Shown: positions 26,573 to 37,216 of the stretch, in pieces
Numbering within the stretch: position 1 is the stretch's first letter
Layout: each line of letters starts with the position of its first letter
Origin: an uncultured Alphaproteobacteria bacterium
GTDB taxonomy: Bacteria; Pseudomonadota; Alphaproteobacteria; RF32; CAG-239
Length of the DNA: 64,000 nucleotides
Direction of reading: 5' to 3'
Assembly: GCA_944391465.1 (NCBI GenBank)
Contig: CALXTS010000005.1
Location: forward strand, 2,942-66,941
Position numbers and translations under genes: made by a program
Notes under the pieces: model-generated
Told to the model about the DNA's origin: nothing
Database searches by the model: none
Seen by the model: the letters and a program-made list of their open reading frames with translations, nothing else

Positions 26573-28411
26573 ATGCAAAAAATACAAGAATTAAACAATC
26601 AGTTAAACGAAGTTTTAGAGCAAACAGCAGAAAAATTTAAAGAAGAAAATATCAATATAGTAATGCCTACCTATATTCCGCAAAGAGGAGAAATTTTAAA
26701 AGAATTCGCCTCCAGAGGTGTTAATACGGCCATAGCAGGAGGAATGAAAGGAGCGCAATGTTTTAAAGAAATTCCTCAATACGGAATGGAAGAAGACACC
26801 TTTCCTTATACAGATGGTTTTCCTGATTATATAACACAAAGAATTACAAGATTAATACCTGATGATTTATTAAAAGACAGAAAAGTAGCTGTTTTTTCAT
26901 ATGTAAACAATTTAGGTTGGAGTCATTATATAGAAGAAAGAAACTTAGGAACGCAAATAGTAGCAACGGTTGAACAAAATTTACGCGGATATTTTGAAGA
27001 AAAAGGTAATTTATTAAAAATACTCGATACAGCAGGGTTATCTGAATACAAAATACCAACAGAACAAGTAAGTAATGAAACAACAATAGATGAATTAATA
27101 GATGTATATGAAAGAATAAAGAACGAAGACGGAAAAGTTGTAGTTCAAGATTGTTGCTCAGAAAACGGAAACGCCGGAGGTAAAGGTACCTTATTTATAA
27201 ATTCTTGTGAAGAATTTGTGAAAAATATCAAAGAAAATAAGGGAAGAAGAAAAGTAGCCCGTTTTATAAAAGGTTTTGAAAGTAATTTATCCTTTTTTGC
27301 CGGAAATACCAAGCCTGAAGAAAACATGTATGGTTCAACAAAAATGAATTTAACACCGGATATGGATAATTTTAACCCGGATACATTGGATTCTTTGTTA
27401 GCTAAAGCCAGAGAGGCAGGAATTAATGAAGATAACATTGTTACGATTGTAGGCAGAGGAACGCTGAAAGCCGTAGGAGACGAAAATTTAACAAGTTATG
27501 AAAGTAACGGTGTCGGCAATGACATAGGTTATGTTTATGAAGGAAAAATAGGAGACCAAATAACCGAAGTCGGAACCAAATTGGCTCGTTTAATGGCATT
27601 ATCGGGAAAAGTCGGTATAGCCGGAGCAGACTTAATAATAGATAAACAAGGAAAAGTCTGGATTAATGAAATAAATGACAGACAACAGGGGCCAACGGCA
27701 CAAATGTCAAAAGACGCGGAAAATAACGGAATTCCGTCTTTGTTGAAAATTTCATTATTAAGCAGTTACGGAGATTTTAGAGATAAAAAAGTTTTAGAAG
27801 TTTTTGAAAATTTAAGGAAATATTCTCAAGAAATACACAAGGCATATAAAACCGGACGAGGAGAATTTTATCTAAAAGTAAATTCAACTCATCCGAAAGG
27901 TCATTATGAGAAAGTAAAAAATAATTTAAGACCAGGAATATATGAAATATCACGAAATGAAGACGGAAAATGGAAATTAAACTTCAGTTCATATAAGTCA
28001 CCTAATTCTAATGTTTCATATCAAACCAATCCGAAAGAAGGAAAAGTTGTCGTAAAAATCGTCGGTGGAGACTGGAAGGTCGGAGATGAAGTTGAAAACG
28101 GTTCACAATTGTTCCGCTTAACAGGTATAACTAATCCAGAAAATCCACCTTTTGTAATAGAAAACGGCAAAACAGTCCTGAATAAGAGTTGGAAACCGGT
28201 TGTAGAAGCCTGCTACAACTATTTGTTTGGAGAAGGCTATACGCATAAAAATCAGTTATGGAAAAAGAGAGAAGCAGAAAAATATATTTATGTTGGTTGG
28301 TGTCCGGTTGCAAAAGAAAATCAAAAATTTACACCGACAAAACAATTTGCTATACTTTGCCCGATGCTAAAAAATCATTTATACAAGAATTCCGGAGGAA
28401 AGAATGCTTAA
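26573..28411 (+). CDS. ATP-grasp fold ligase of unknown specificity
   Basis: FEEKG, GKVVVQ..NAGGKGTLFI, KVARFIKG, GIAGADLIID..VWINEINDRQQG (ATP-grasp ExNxR motif). Confidence 0.72.
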   Translation: MQKIQELNNQLNEVLEQTAEKFKEENINIVMPTYIPQRGEILKEFASRGVNTAIAGGMKGAQCFKEIPQYGMEEDTFPYTDGFPDYITQRITRLIPDDLLKDRKVAVFSYVNNLGWSHYIEERNLGTQIVATVEQNLRGYFEEKGNLLKILDTAGLSEYKIPTEQVSNETTIDELIDVYERIKNEDGKVVVQDCCSENGNAGGKGTLFINSCEEFVKNIKENKGRRKVARFIKGFESNLSFFAGNTKPEENMYGSTKMNLTPDMDNFNPDTLDSLLAKAREAGINEDNIVTIVGRGTLKAVGDENLTSYESNGVGNDIGYVYEGKIGDQITEVGTKLARLMALSGKVGIAGADLIIDKQGKVWINEINDRQQGPTAQMSKDAENNGIPSLLKISLLSSYGDFRDKKVLEVFENLRKYSQEIHKAYKTGRGEFYLKVNSTHPKGHYEKVKNNLRPGIYEISRNEDGKWKLNFSSYKSPNSNVSYQTNPKEGKVVVKIVGGDWKVGDEVENGSQLFRLTGITNPENPPFVIENGKTVLNKSWKPVVEACYNYLFGEGYTHKNQLWKKREAEKYIYVGWCPVAKENQKFTPTKQFAILCPMLKNHLYKNSGGKNA

Positions 28412-29357
28412 AAATAAATATGTTTATTCAGTCGGTTCAACCCCGATGGGGACAAGTTTAGATATTGTAAGTTATGAGATTGATTCTGAAAAGGAAGGTA
28501 AGCATATTTATATTCAAAGCGGAATACACGGCGGAGAAATTACGCAATGGATAATTCATGAATTGTTTTCATATATAGAAAATAATTTAGATAACGGAAA
28601 AGTAACATTGGTACCGTGTGCAAATCCGGTTTCATGGACTCAAAGAATATATTTTTCAACCAATGGAAAATTTGATTTATACATGGGAAAAGATTGGAAC
28701 AGAAATTTTCCGGGGAATTCAGAAGGTTCTTTGGGAGAAAGAATAGCCGATGTTTTACTCAAAAATGCAGAAAAATCTGATTTTGCCATAGATTTACACA
28801 CATCACGAAAATCGATTCCTTTTGGTATTTATTCAAAAGAAGAATATAAAAAATATATAAAAATAATCGGCGTAGAATATAATCAGTATATAGGTATGGA
28901 AACAAAAACATCATACGCAAATACATTTAATGCCTGTCTGGATAAAAAAGGAATACCGAACCTTTGTATAGAATGCGGCAGTCATGATGCATTTGAGGCA
29001 GAATATGTCAAAAAAGTTTTTGAAGGCATCAAGCGTCTTTTAAGCAGTTTTGGAATGGTAAAAGACCAGACAATAGAAAGAGCTCCACAAAGAATAAAAA
29101 CCTTTGCCAAGACGGTAAAATATACCTCACCGAAAGGCTGTTTGATTAAGATTAATAAAGAACTCGGGGAGAAGATAAATAAAGGAGATGCTTTATTTAG
29201 TTGTTATGATAATAATGAGTTAGGTAAAGAAGAGGTTATAAAATCCGATGATGAAGGTGTTTTGTTTAAAGAATCTCCGACGCATATTTATTGGAGTGGA
29301 GATGATGTTGTTCAGATAATTTTATCTGAAGGGATAGAAGAGTTGGAAACAGAATAA
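28404..29357 (+). CDS. Succinylglutamate desuccinylase/aspartoacylase (M14-like) family protein
   Basis: QSGIHGGE, VPCANP, DWNRNFPG, AIDLHTS, IECG; overlaps the end of the ATP-grasp gene. Confidence 0.88.
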   Translation: MLKNKYVYSVGSTPMGTSLDIVSYEIDSEKEGKHIYIQSGIHGGEITQWIIHELFSYIENNLDNGKVTLVPCANPVSWTQRIYFSTNGKFDLYMGKDWNRNFPGNSEGSLGERIADVLLKNAEKSDFAIDLHTSRKSIPFGIYSKEEYKKYIKIIGVEYNQYIGMETKTSYANTFNACLDKKGIPNLCIECGSHDAFEAEYVKKVFEGIKRLLSSFGMVKDQTIERAPQRIKTFAKTVKYTSPKGCLIKINKELGEKINKGDALFSCYDNNELGKEEVIKSDDEGVLFKESPTHIYWSGDDVVQIILSEGIEELETE

Positions 29358-29358
29358 A

Positions 29359-30030
29359 TTAAGACAGCAGCCAGTTTTTGAGAGCGGACATATTATCAAA
29401 AATATATTTAACGCCAAGATTCTTAATTTTTTGAATATAGTCGGGATTATTGTTCATATCACAACCAACATAGGCAACAGGAGTCATTTTTGCTCTAAAT
29501 GCGGCAGTAATTCCGGCGATAGAATCTTCAATAACAAGAGTATTTTCAGGTTTTTCGTTCATAGTTTTGGCAGCGAGAAGGAAAATATCCGGTTCTGGCT
29601 TACCATGTTTAACCATATCAGCGGTAAAAACCTGATCTAATGTAAAAAAGGAAGATATATCGACAACTTCCAATTTCTTAAGTGTTTTGGAACGGGTTCC
29701 GCCTGTTGCAATGCATTGTTTAAAATTTTTAAGTTTAAAAATTTCTTCAATATTAGGAGACAAATCAAATCCGTTTTTCATGGTATTTAAATCCATTTCT
29801 ATAGATTTTTTCCAAAAAGCATCATCGGTTTTGATACCTAATTTTTCCAAAACATGTTTTTTTGTTTTATCACTCATTCCGCCGAGGTGGTGATTTGTTG
29901 TATTAAAATCCCAATTCAGTCCATAGACATCATTCAGAAGTTTTTGCCGATTAGCGAGCCACAATTTTTCTGTATCAGCGATAACACCGTCAAAATCCCA
30001 AATAATCAATTTAAATCTGTCTTTTATCAT
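29359..30030 (-). CDS. HAD-IA family phosphatase
   Basis: WDFDGVIADTE, CIATGG, GKPEPDIFL, LVIEDSIAGI. Confidence 0.9.
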   Translation of the reverse strand: MIKDRFKLIIWDFDGVIADTEKLWLANRQKLLNDVYGLNWDFNTTNHHLGGMSDKTKKHVLEKLGIKTDDAFWKKSIEMDLNTMKNGFDLSPNIEEIFKLKNFKQCIATGGTRSKTLKKLEVVDISSFFTLDQVFTADMVKHGKPEPDIFLLAAKTMNEKPENTLVIEDSIAGITAAFRAKMTPVAYVGCDMNNNPDYIQKIKNLGVKYIFDNMSALKNWLLS

Positions 30031-30221
30031 TTTTACAACTTTAACTTTAAAAAAATTGAGTCCGTCTAAAGGCCGTAGAAAGGGTTTTGAGCGATTCTAT
30101 AATATAAATATTAAGGAGCGGTAAATTTGCGCTCCTGAGTCAAAAAAAACGGCATTTTTAAATCTTGCAAGCAAAAAGCAAAACAGTTATAACATAAAAC
30201 AAGACAAGAGAGGGAAAAGCA

Positions 30222-31565
30222 ATGGATAATAAAACAATATATGCACTTTCGACGGTTTATGGCAAATCTGGTGTTGCGGTAATCAGAATATCCGGATCAA
30301 GAGCGATAGAAGCCATAGAAAAAATGGCAACAATAAAAATAGAGAAAATAAAACCGCGCTATGCATATTTTGTAAAATTGCATCATAGTGTTTCACATGA
30401 AACAATAGATAAATGTTTATTGCTTTATTTTAAGGCCCCCTACTCTTTTACCGGAGAGGATATTGTAGAATTTCAGGTACACGGTTCAAAAGCTGTAATA
30501 AGTTCATGTATGGATAGTTTGTCTGAGCTAAAAGATTTCAGAATGGCAGAACCCGGAGAATTTTCAAAGAGAGCTTTTTATAACAATAAGATGGATTTGA
30601 CCGAGGCGGAAGGTTTGGCTGATTTAATTGATTCTGAAACTTCTCAACAGCAAAAATACGCTTTAAGACAAATGGAGGGAGGGCTTAAGAATTTATATGA
30701 AGACTGGCGTGAGGATTTGCTAAAAATTCTTTCTCATTTGGAGGCTTATATAGATTTTCCCGATGAAGATATACCCTCAGAAGTTATACAAAACATAAAT
30801 AACGATGTATTTAAACTTAAAGACGCTGTATTTAAACATCTGAACAGTGATTCTGTCGGTGAGAGACTGAGAGAGGGATTTCGAGTTGTTATTGTCGGAC
30901 CACCCAATGCCGGAAAATCTTCATTACTTAATGCTATAGCCAACCGAGAAGCTGTAATCGTATCAGATATTGCCGGAACAACGAGAGATGCAATAGATAT
31001 TCATATGGATTTAAATGGTTATCCTGTTATATTTACAGATACGGCAGGTTTGAGAGAAACAGAGGAAGAAATTGAAAAGAAAGGTATAGAGATTGCTTAC
31101 AATAAAATATCCGATGCTGATTTTGTTGTTTGTTTGTTTGATGCCTCAAAAGACTCTGTTCAACAGTTTGATTATATTGTAAAAACATTTAAAAACAAAA
31201 TCATAGTTGTTGGAAACAAATGTGACAAATTAACATTTGAACAATGTTCTGATTATGAAAAACAAGGTATCTTACTAATCTCTGCAAAGAAGCACGAAGG
31301 AATAAATAAAATATTAAAAGCTATTAGAGTAAAAATAGCTGAGCAATTTACCTCAAATTCAGGTCTTATTATTTCTCGTCGCCGCTACCGAGAGGCTTTG
31401 GAAGAAGTTCTGGAAAACTTACAGATATTTTCCTTTAATAAAGAAATAGAGCTTTCGGCAGAAGATATCAGACTTGCAGCGCGTGCCTTAGGTAAAATAA
31501 CGGGAAGAATAGAGGTTGATGAAATCTTAGATAAAATCTTCGGAAGTTTTTGTATAGGTAAATAG
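30222..31565 (+). CDS. mnmE: tRNA modification GTPase MnmE
   Basis: [48 protein letters not shown]. Confidence 0.98.
   Translation: MDNKTIYALSTVYGKSGVAVIRISGSRAIEAIEKMATIKIEKIKPRYAYFVKLHHSVSHETIDKCLLLYFKAPYSFTGEDIVEFQVHGSKAVISSCMDSLSELKDFRMAEPGEFSKRAFYNNKMDLTEAEGLADLIDSETSQQQKYALRQMEGGLKNLYEDWREDLLKILSHLEAYIDFPDEDIPSEVIQNINNDVFKLKDAVFKHLNSDSVGERLREGFRVVIVGPPNAGKSSLLNAIANREAVIVSDIAGTTRDAIDIHMDLNGYPVIFTDTAGLRETEEEIEKKGIEIAYNKISDADFVVCLFDASKDSVQQFDYIVKTFKNKIIVVGNKCDKLTFEQCSDYEKQGILLISAKKHEGINKILKAIRVKIAEQFTSNSGLIISRRRYREALEEVLENLQIFSFNKEIELSAEDIRLAARALGKITGRIEVDEILDKIFGSFCIGK
30389..30404. promoter_or_regulatory. parS site (1 mismatch) inside mnmE
   Basis: TGTTTCACATGAAACA versus consensus TGTTTCACGTGAAACA. 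Confidence 0.8.
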
Positions 31566-31663
31566 AAGCAAAGATTTGGGACAACTTATCGTTAATAAGT
31601 TATTGCCATTTTTTTGATTTTAGTGTACAACCTGAACAAATCAAACAATTTAAGGCAAAACAG

Positions 31664-33511
31664 ATGGAATATAACTATGATGTTATAGTTATCGGCGGCG
31701 GGCATGCCGGATGTGAAGCATGCTCGGCATCGGCACGCATTGGTGCAAAAACCGCATTAATAACGCATAAAATATCAACAATCGGTGAGATGTCATGCAA
31801 TCCGGCAATAGGAGGATTAGGCAAAGGACATTTGGTCAGAGAGATTGACGCATTAGACGGCTTAATGGGAAGAGTTATTGATAAAGCCGGCATTCAATTT
31901 CGGATGCTTAATCAGTCAAAAGGTCCGGCCGTAAGAGGTCCCAGAGCGCAAGCGGATAGAGAACTGTATAAAAAATATATGCAAGAAGCTCTCCGTGCGC
32001 AAAAGAATTTGGATTTAATTGAAGGCGCTGCGGAAGGATTTAAGTTTGATAAAGATAACAGAATAAGCGGTGTTGTTTTATCAGATGGTAGAGAGTATAA
32101 TGCCAAAACAGTGATTCTGACCACGGGAACATTTCTTAATGGCATCATGTTTATTGGGCATGAAACATCTGTTGGAGGTCGTGTCGGAGATATCAGTTGT
32201 GAAGGAATTACACCGTATTTAAAAAAATTAGGGTTAAAAGTCGGACGTTTGAAAACCGGAACCCCTGCCCGACTAAACGGCAAAACCATAAATTGGTCAA
32301 TATTGGCTGAACAAAGTGGGGATGAAGTTATCAAACCATTTTCTTTTTTAACAGACAAAATAACCAATCCTCAGGTTAAATGTTATATAACGCATACTAA
32401 TGAAAGAACTCATAAAATAATAAGGGATAACTTTTCAAAGTGCGCATTATTTTCAGGTTTAATAACCGGAATTGGTCCAAGGTATTGCCCGAGCATAGAA
32501 GACAAATTGGTAAAATTTGCCGATAGAACAAGCCATCAAATTTTTCTTGAGCCTGAAGGTTTGAATACGGATGTTGTTTATCCGAATGGTATTTCAACAT
32601 CATTGCCTGCAGATGTTCAGGATGCTTTTATACATACTATGGAAGGTTTGGAAAATGTTGAGATATTGCGTCCGGCATATGCAATAGAATACGACTATGT
32701 CGATCCGCAAGAGTTAAACAGCCGTCTTGAATGTAAAAAAGCCCCAGGGTTATTTTTAGCCGGACAAATCAATGGAACGACCGGATATGAGGAAGCCGGA
32801 GCGCAAGGTTTGTTGGCAGGCGTCAATGCGGCTTTAACAGCCTTAGATACGGGAAAAGAATTTATCATAGACAGATCTGAAGGTTATATAGGTGTAATGA
32901 TTGACGACTTAATAACCAAAGGAGTAGATGAACCTTATAGAATGTTCACATCTAGATCAGAATATCGTTTATTTCTTCGTGCAGACAATGCAGATATGCG
33001 GTTGACTGAAAAAGGCTATAACATTGGTTGTGTCGGGGAATATAGATACGATGTATTTAAAGAGAAAAAGAGGTTGCTTGAGAAATACAAAGAAGAGTGC
33101 AATAATCTGACAACGACAATGCATGAGCTTGAAAAAATGCACATAGTCACACGAGCAGATGGGTCAAAGCGTACGGTGTTCAATGTAATGGCACACGATG
33201 TTTCACGTGAAACAATAGAGCAAATATGGCCGCAGATTAAACAAATTCCGGAAGATATATATGAACAAATAGATATAGAAGCAAGATATGCCGGTTATAT
33301 TAAACGACAAATGGCGGATATTGAGGTATTCAAAAAAGATGAAAATCTAAAAATAAGAGAAGATATTGATTATACCAAAATAGGTGGATTATCAAGAGAG
33401 ATGGTTGCAAAACTTTCAAAAGTAAAGCCGTCAACCATTGGTGAGGCTTCTCGTATCCCCGGTGTGACGCCGGCAGCCATAACGGCAATACTTGGACATC
33501 TAAAAAAATAA
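31664..33511 (+). CDS. mnmG: tRNA uridine-5-carboxymethylaminomethyl synthesis enzyme MnmG (GidA)
   Basis: [65 protein letters not shown]. Confidence 0.99.
   Translation: MEYNYDVIVIGGGHAGCEACSASARIGAKTALITHKISTIGEMSCNPAIGGLGKGHLVREIDALDGLMGRVIDKAGIQFRMLNQSKGPAVRGPRAQADRELYKKYMQEALRAQKNLDLIEGAAEGFKFDKDNRISGVVLSDGREYNAKTVILTTGTFLNGIMFIGHETSVGGRVGDISCEGITPYLKKLGLKVGRLKTGTPARLNGKTINWSILAEQSGDEVIKPFSFLTDKITNPQVKCYITHTNERTHKIIRDNFSKCALFSGLITGIGPRYCPSIEDKLVKFADRTSHQIFLEPEGLNTDVVYPNGISTSLPADVQDAFIHTMEGLENVEILRPAYAIEYDYVDPQELNSRLECKKAPGLFLAGQINGTTGYEEAGAQGLLAGVNAALTALDTGKEFIIDRSEGYIGVMIDDLITKGVDEPYRMFTSRSEYRLFLRADNADMRLTEKGYNIGCVGEYRYDVFKEKKRLLEKYKEECNNLTTTMHELEKMHIVTRADGSKRTVFNVMAHDVSRETIEQIWPQIKQIPEDIYEQIDIEARYAGYIKRQMADIEVFKKDENLKIREDIDYTKIGGLSREMVAKLSKVKPSTIGEASRIPGVTPAAITAILGHLKK
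33199..33214. promoter_or_regulatory. parS site (perfect) inside mnmG
   Basis: TGTTTCACGTGAAACA. Confidence 0.9.
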
Positions 33512-33526
33512 GTTCGGAATAAGCAA

Positions 33527-34153
33527 ATGACATGTCCCACAAGAGAAGAAGCAAAAGAAATTTTTGAAGAATTCATTTCAGCAAGAAATTCTTCTGAGTT
33601 TCCGCTAACAAAAGAACAAGAAGAAACACTCAGAAAACATTGTAATTGTGTTGCTGAAATTGCTTGTAAAATAGCAGAAAAGACCGGAACTATGAACTCG
33701 GAAAAAGCCTATGTTATGGGATTGTTACATGATTGCGGGCGCATAAAAGATGAAAAAGCCGAAAATGTTTTTCATGGTTTTGTTGGTTATGAATATATGA
33801 TGTCTAAAGGGTACGATGAAATTGCAAAAATTTCATTATCGCATAGTTTCTACAAAAAAGATTTTGATATAAGTATATATTCTCAATCACACCAAGATAT
33901 TCTAAAAAGCAAACAAATCATTTCCGAAATGGAATATGACGACTATGACTACCTTTTACAATTAAGTGATATTTTAAATAACATGGGAAAAACATGCTCA
34001 ATAGAGTATCGCTTTAGAAGTATTTCGGAAAGATACAATATTCCGAATGAAAAAATTTTACCAATGATAGACTTGTTAAATGAGCGTAAAAGATATTTTG
34101 ATAAAAAATGTGATTGCGATATTTACCAAATGTTAGGGATAAAAGAAGTATAA
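33527..34153 (+). CDS. HD-domain phosphohydrolase (copy 1)
   Basis: KHC..VA, GLLHDCGR, FHGFVGY, LSHSF, LQLSD. Confidence 0.85.
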   Translation: MTCPTREEAKEIFEEFISARNSSEFPLTKEQEETLRKHCNCVAEIACKIAEKTGTMNSEKAYVMGLLHDCGRIKDEKAENVFHGFVGYEYMMSKGYDEIAKISLSHSFYKKDFDISIYSQSHQDILKSKQIISEMEYDDYDYLLQLSDILNNMGKTCSIEYRFRSISERYNIPNEKILPMIDLLNERKRYFDKKCDCDIYQMLGIKEV

Positions 34154-34180
34154 TTCGCCAACAAAAAAGGTGAATAATAA

Positions 34181-34804
34181 ATGACGTTACCCACTCATAA
34201 TAAAGCTCTTGAGATTTTTGAAGAAGTCTGTCTTGAGACGGATAAACTCGATATAGAAAAAGGTAAAATACCTCAAACGTCTCGGAAACATTTTTTAGCA
34301 GTAGCAGAATGTGCAAAGAAAATAGCAAAAAATTGTAAAAACCTTGATCCGGAAAAAGCCTATATTTGCGGGTTACTTCACGATTGCGGGCAACCATCAG
34401 AAAACAGAGATTGTAATAAATTTCACGGATTAGTCGGTTATCATAAAATGATGGAAATGGGGTTTGATGAAGTTGCCAGAACCTGCTTGACTCACAGCTT
34501 TCCTGAGTATGATTTTAAACCGGAGCGGTTTAGTTATACGCATTCAGAAATGGTTCTCTGTCGGAATCTGATTAATAATATATCATACAATGATTATGAT
34601 TTACTGATTCAATATAGTGATATGTTGTGTAAGGGCGGCTTAGTAACAACATTGAAAGATCGAATTATATATATAATGAATACATATAAAATCAGCATAA
34701 AAGACGCCCGGATTCGCTATCGCATAATGCTTAAAATAAAAAAACATTTTGATAAACTTTGTGGCCAAGATACTTATTGTTTATTAGGAATAAAAAATGA
34801 TTAA
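34181..34804 (+). CDS. HD-domain phosphohydrolase (copy 2)
   Basis: KHF..VA, GLLHDCGQ, FHGLVGY, LTHSF, IQYSD; colinear paralog of 33527-34153. Confidence 0.85.
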   Translation: MTLPTHNKALEIFEEVCLETDKLDIEKGKIPQTSRKHFLAVAECAKKIAKNCKNLDPEKAYICGLLHDCGQPSENRDCNKFHGLVGYHKMMEMGFDEVARTCLTHSFPEYDFKPERFSYTHSEMVLCRNLINNISYNDYDLLIQYSDMLCKGGLVTTLKDRIIYIMNTYKISIKDARIRYRIMLKIKKHFDKLCGQDTYCLLGIKND

Positions 34805-35621
34805 ACAAAAATTTTCTTTACATACGCATAATAATGCGTTTGGTATTTTTGATGGAAAATCCTCGCCTGAAGATATGGTAAGGAAAGCGGAAGAATTAGG
34901 TCTTGAGACGCTGGGAATCAGCAATCATTTCATTTGGCATCCGAATATGCAACGGGCACATGATATGTTTTTTGTTGATTATAACAAGGCTTTGGATGTC
35001 TTTAAGAGAAATATTGAAATCATTAAAGAACTTCGCGCAAAGTCAAAAATAAATATACTCGCTGGTTTTGAGGTTGACTTTTTTCCCTCTGTTGAGTGGA
35101 GAAAAGGTTTTGAAAGAATGCTGAAAGAATTGGAGTATGATTATCTGATTGGCTCAACGCACTTTATGCGTACGGCAGACGAAAGTTATCTTTGCAATAT
35201 TTATCACATGAATGAGCTTCCGCAAGGAACCACCTTCGAGCAAATAGATGAATATATGAAGGGTTATTGGGAAAACACGATAGAAGCAATTAAGAGTGGT
35301 TATTTTGATTTTATGGCACACCTTGACTATTGTACAATATTTAATCTTTGCACATCGGAAAAATGGAATGAATATAAGTGGAGAGTAATAGAAGCATTAG
35401 ATAAAAATCATCAAGCCTATGAACTAAACACGAGCGGATATCGTCGAATAGAGCGCCCTCACCCTGATTATTGGATGATAGAAGAGTTAAATAAACGCAA
35501 TGTTCCGATTTTAATATCTGATGATGCTCATGTTGCGGAGCATTTATGCAACGGTTTTGATAAAGCGGAATCATATCTTGAATCTATAAATTATACCAAC
35601 AGATGGACTTTTAATAAATAA
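34797..35621 (+). CDS. PHP-domain phosphatase, HisJ/histidinol-phosphatase family (copy 1)
   Basis: SLHTHN, GISNH, GFEVDF, IGSTH, MAHLD, ELNTSG, ISDDAH. Confidence 0.87.
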   Translation: MIKQKFSLHTHNNAFGIFDGKSSPEDMVRKAEELGLETLGISNHFIWHPNMQRAHDMFFVDYNKALDVFKRNIEIIKELRAKSKINILAGFEVDFFPSVEWRKGFERMLKELEYDYLIGSTHFMRTADESYLCNIYHMNELPQGTTFEQIDEYMKGYWENTIEAIKSGYFDFMAHLDYCTIFNLCTSEKWNEYKWRVIEALDKNHQAYELNTSGYRRIERPHPDYWMIEELNKRNVPILISDDAHVAEHLCNGFDKAESYLESINYTNRWTFNK

Positions 35622-36442
35622 TGCAAAAATACACATATCATTGTCATACAAACACATTGGGAATTTATGATGGATGCAACTCTGCAGATGAAATGATTTC
35701 ACAAGCAGAAAGTTTGGGTTTTACGGAAATTGGTATTTCAAACCATCTGATTTGTCATCCCAAAATCGGATATATAAATAAAATACAAAGCATGTATTTT
35801 AGAGATTATAAAGAAGCGGAAGATGTATACAAAAGAACGGTTGAAGAAATAAGAACAGCGTCTTTAAAGTATAAAATAAAGGTTTTGGTTGGCTTTGAGG
35901 TTGATTATTTTCATGATGCTGAGTGGTGTCGTTTTTTTGAGCATCTGAAAAATACATTAGGTGCTGATTATTATATTGGTTCGAGCCATTTTATATATAA
36001 CAGAGATTATACAAACATACTTAAAATAGCGTATTTAAAGCACCATCCGGAATTTATAGATGAAGAGATGCGAAGAGATGGTTTGATAATGCATTGGTCA
36101 AATATAAAAAACTGCGTTGCCAGTGGTTATTTTGATTTTATAGCACATATGGATCAAATCAAGAGCAAAGGATTTTGTGGCGATTCCGAATGGGAAGATA
36201 AAAAATATGAAGTTATTGAGGCTTTATCAAAGGGGAAAACCGGCGTTGAGTTAAGCACAAAAGGGCTTCGTAAAGGAGATGAGATGTATCCTGCCGAATG
36301 GATTGTCAAAGAATTAAACAAGCACAATGTTCCAATCGTAATAAGTGACGACGCGCACCAGATAGAGCAATTAGGATATAAATTTGATATAGCCGAAAGC
36401 CTTCTTGAGAAATTAGATTATAAAAATCGTTTTAAATTTTGA
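35621..36442 (+). CDS. PHP-domain phosphatase, HisJ family (copy 2)
   Basis: YHCHT, GISNH, GFEVDY, IGSSH, IAHMD, ELSTKG, ISDDAH; TAATG coupling. Confidence 0.87.
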   Translation: MQKYTYHCHTNTLGIYDGCNSADEMISQAESLGFTEIGISNHLICHPKIGYINKIQSMYFRDYKEAEDVYKRTVEEIRTASLKYKIKVLVGFEVDYFHDAEWCRFFEHLKNTLGADYYIGSSHFIYNRDYTNILKIAYLKHHPEFIDEEMRRDGLIMHWSNIKNCVASGYFDFIAHMDQIKSKGFCGDSEWEDKKYEVIEALSKGKTGVELSTKGLRKGDEMYPAEWIVKELNKHNVPIVISDDAHQIEQLGYKFDIAESLLEKLDYKNRFKF

Positions 36443-36586
36443 AATATTTATAAAAAGATTCAAGAAACGGTGGTTAAGTTTTTGATTTTTAAAGAAAGAG
36501 AATTTTTGTTGTTTTTATAAAAAATAATGTGTTTATAACTAAATTTTTATCTTTTAAATTTTTATAAAAAATTATAAAAATAAGTT

Positions 36587-37216
36587 ATGAAAAATTTTAC
36601 CGAAAAATATAATGTTTCACGTGAAACATTTTCAAAACTAAAAACCTATCAAGAGCTACTGATTGAGTGGCAGGGTAAGTTTAATCTTGTCAGCAACTCT
36701 AGTTTGGAAAGCGCGTGGGAACGTCACTTTTTAGATTCAGTTCAGTTAATAAAATTTGTGCCTAAAGATGCTCAAACATTGATAGATTTTGGTTCTGGCG
36801 CTGGGTTTCCTGGTCTGATTTTAGCAACAATGTTTGAAGAGATAACGCCGTATTTAAAAGTTTTTTTGGTGGAAAGTATTTCTAAAAAAACAATGTTTTT
36901 AAACTGCGTAAAAGAAGCTCTTGGGTTAAAGAATGTGCAGGTGTTTAATTGCAGGATAGAATCGTTACCTAAACAAAAAGTAGATGTTGTTACATCACGT
37001 GCAATGACATCTTTAGTCGGTCTTTTAGATTATGCATATCCTTTTTGCCGCAAACAAACCGTTTGCATTTTTCCAAAAGGAAAAAAATATGCCGAAGAGC
37101 TTGCTGAAGCACAAAAGAAATGGAAGTTTGATTTAAAAATTTATGAGAGTGAACAAAGTTCAGAAGGTAAAATTTTAGTAATCAGTCAATTGTCGAAAGT
37201 TAAAGGGGGAAAATAA
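36587..37216 (+). CDS. rsmG: 16S rRNA m7G527 methyltransferase RsmG (GidB)
   Basis: FNLVS, RHFLDS, DFGSGAGFPG, VTSRA, FPKG. Confidence 0.96.
   Translation: MKNFTEKYNVSRETFSKLKTYQELLIEWQGKFNLVSNSSLESAWERHFLDSVQLIKFVPKDAQTLIDFGSGAGFPGLILATMFEEITPYLKVFLVESISKKTMFLNCVKEALGLKNVQVFNCRIESLPKQKVDVVTSRAMTSLVGLLDYAYPFCRKQTVCIFPKGKKYAEELAEAQKKWKFDLKIYESEQSSEGKILVISQLSKVKGGK
36613..36628. promoter_or_regulatory. parS site (perfect) at the 5' end of rsmG
   Basis: TGTTTCACGTGAAACA. Confidence 0.9.

Noticed and set aside
34797-36442. Calling the PHP genes hisJ/hisK in histidine biosynthesis
   Set aside because: Family membership only; two paralogues and no his operon context, so no gene symbol assigned.
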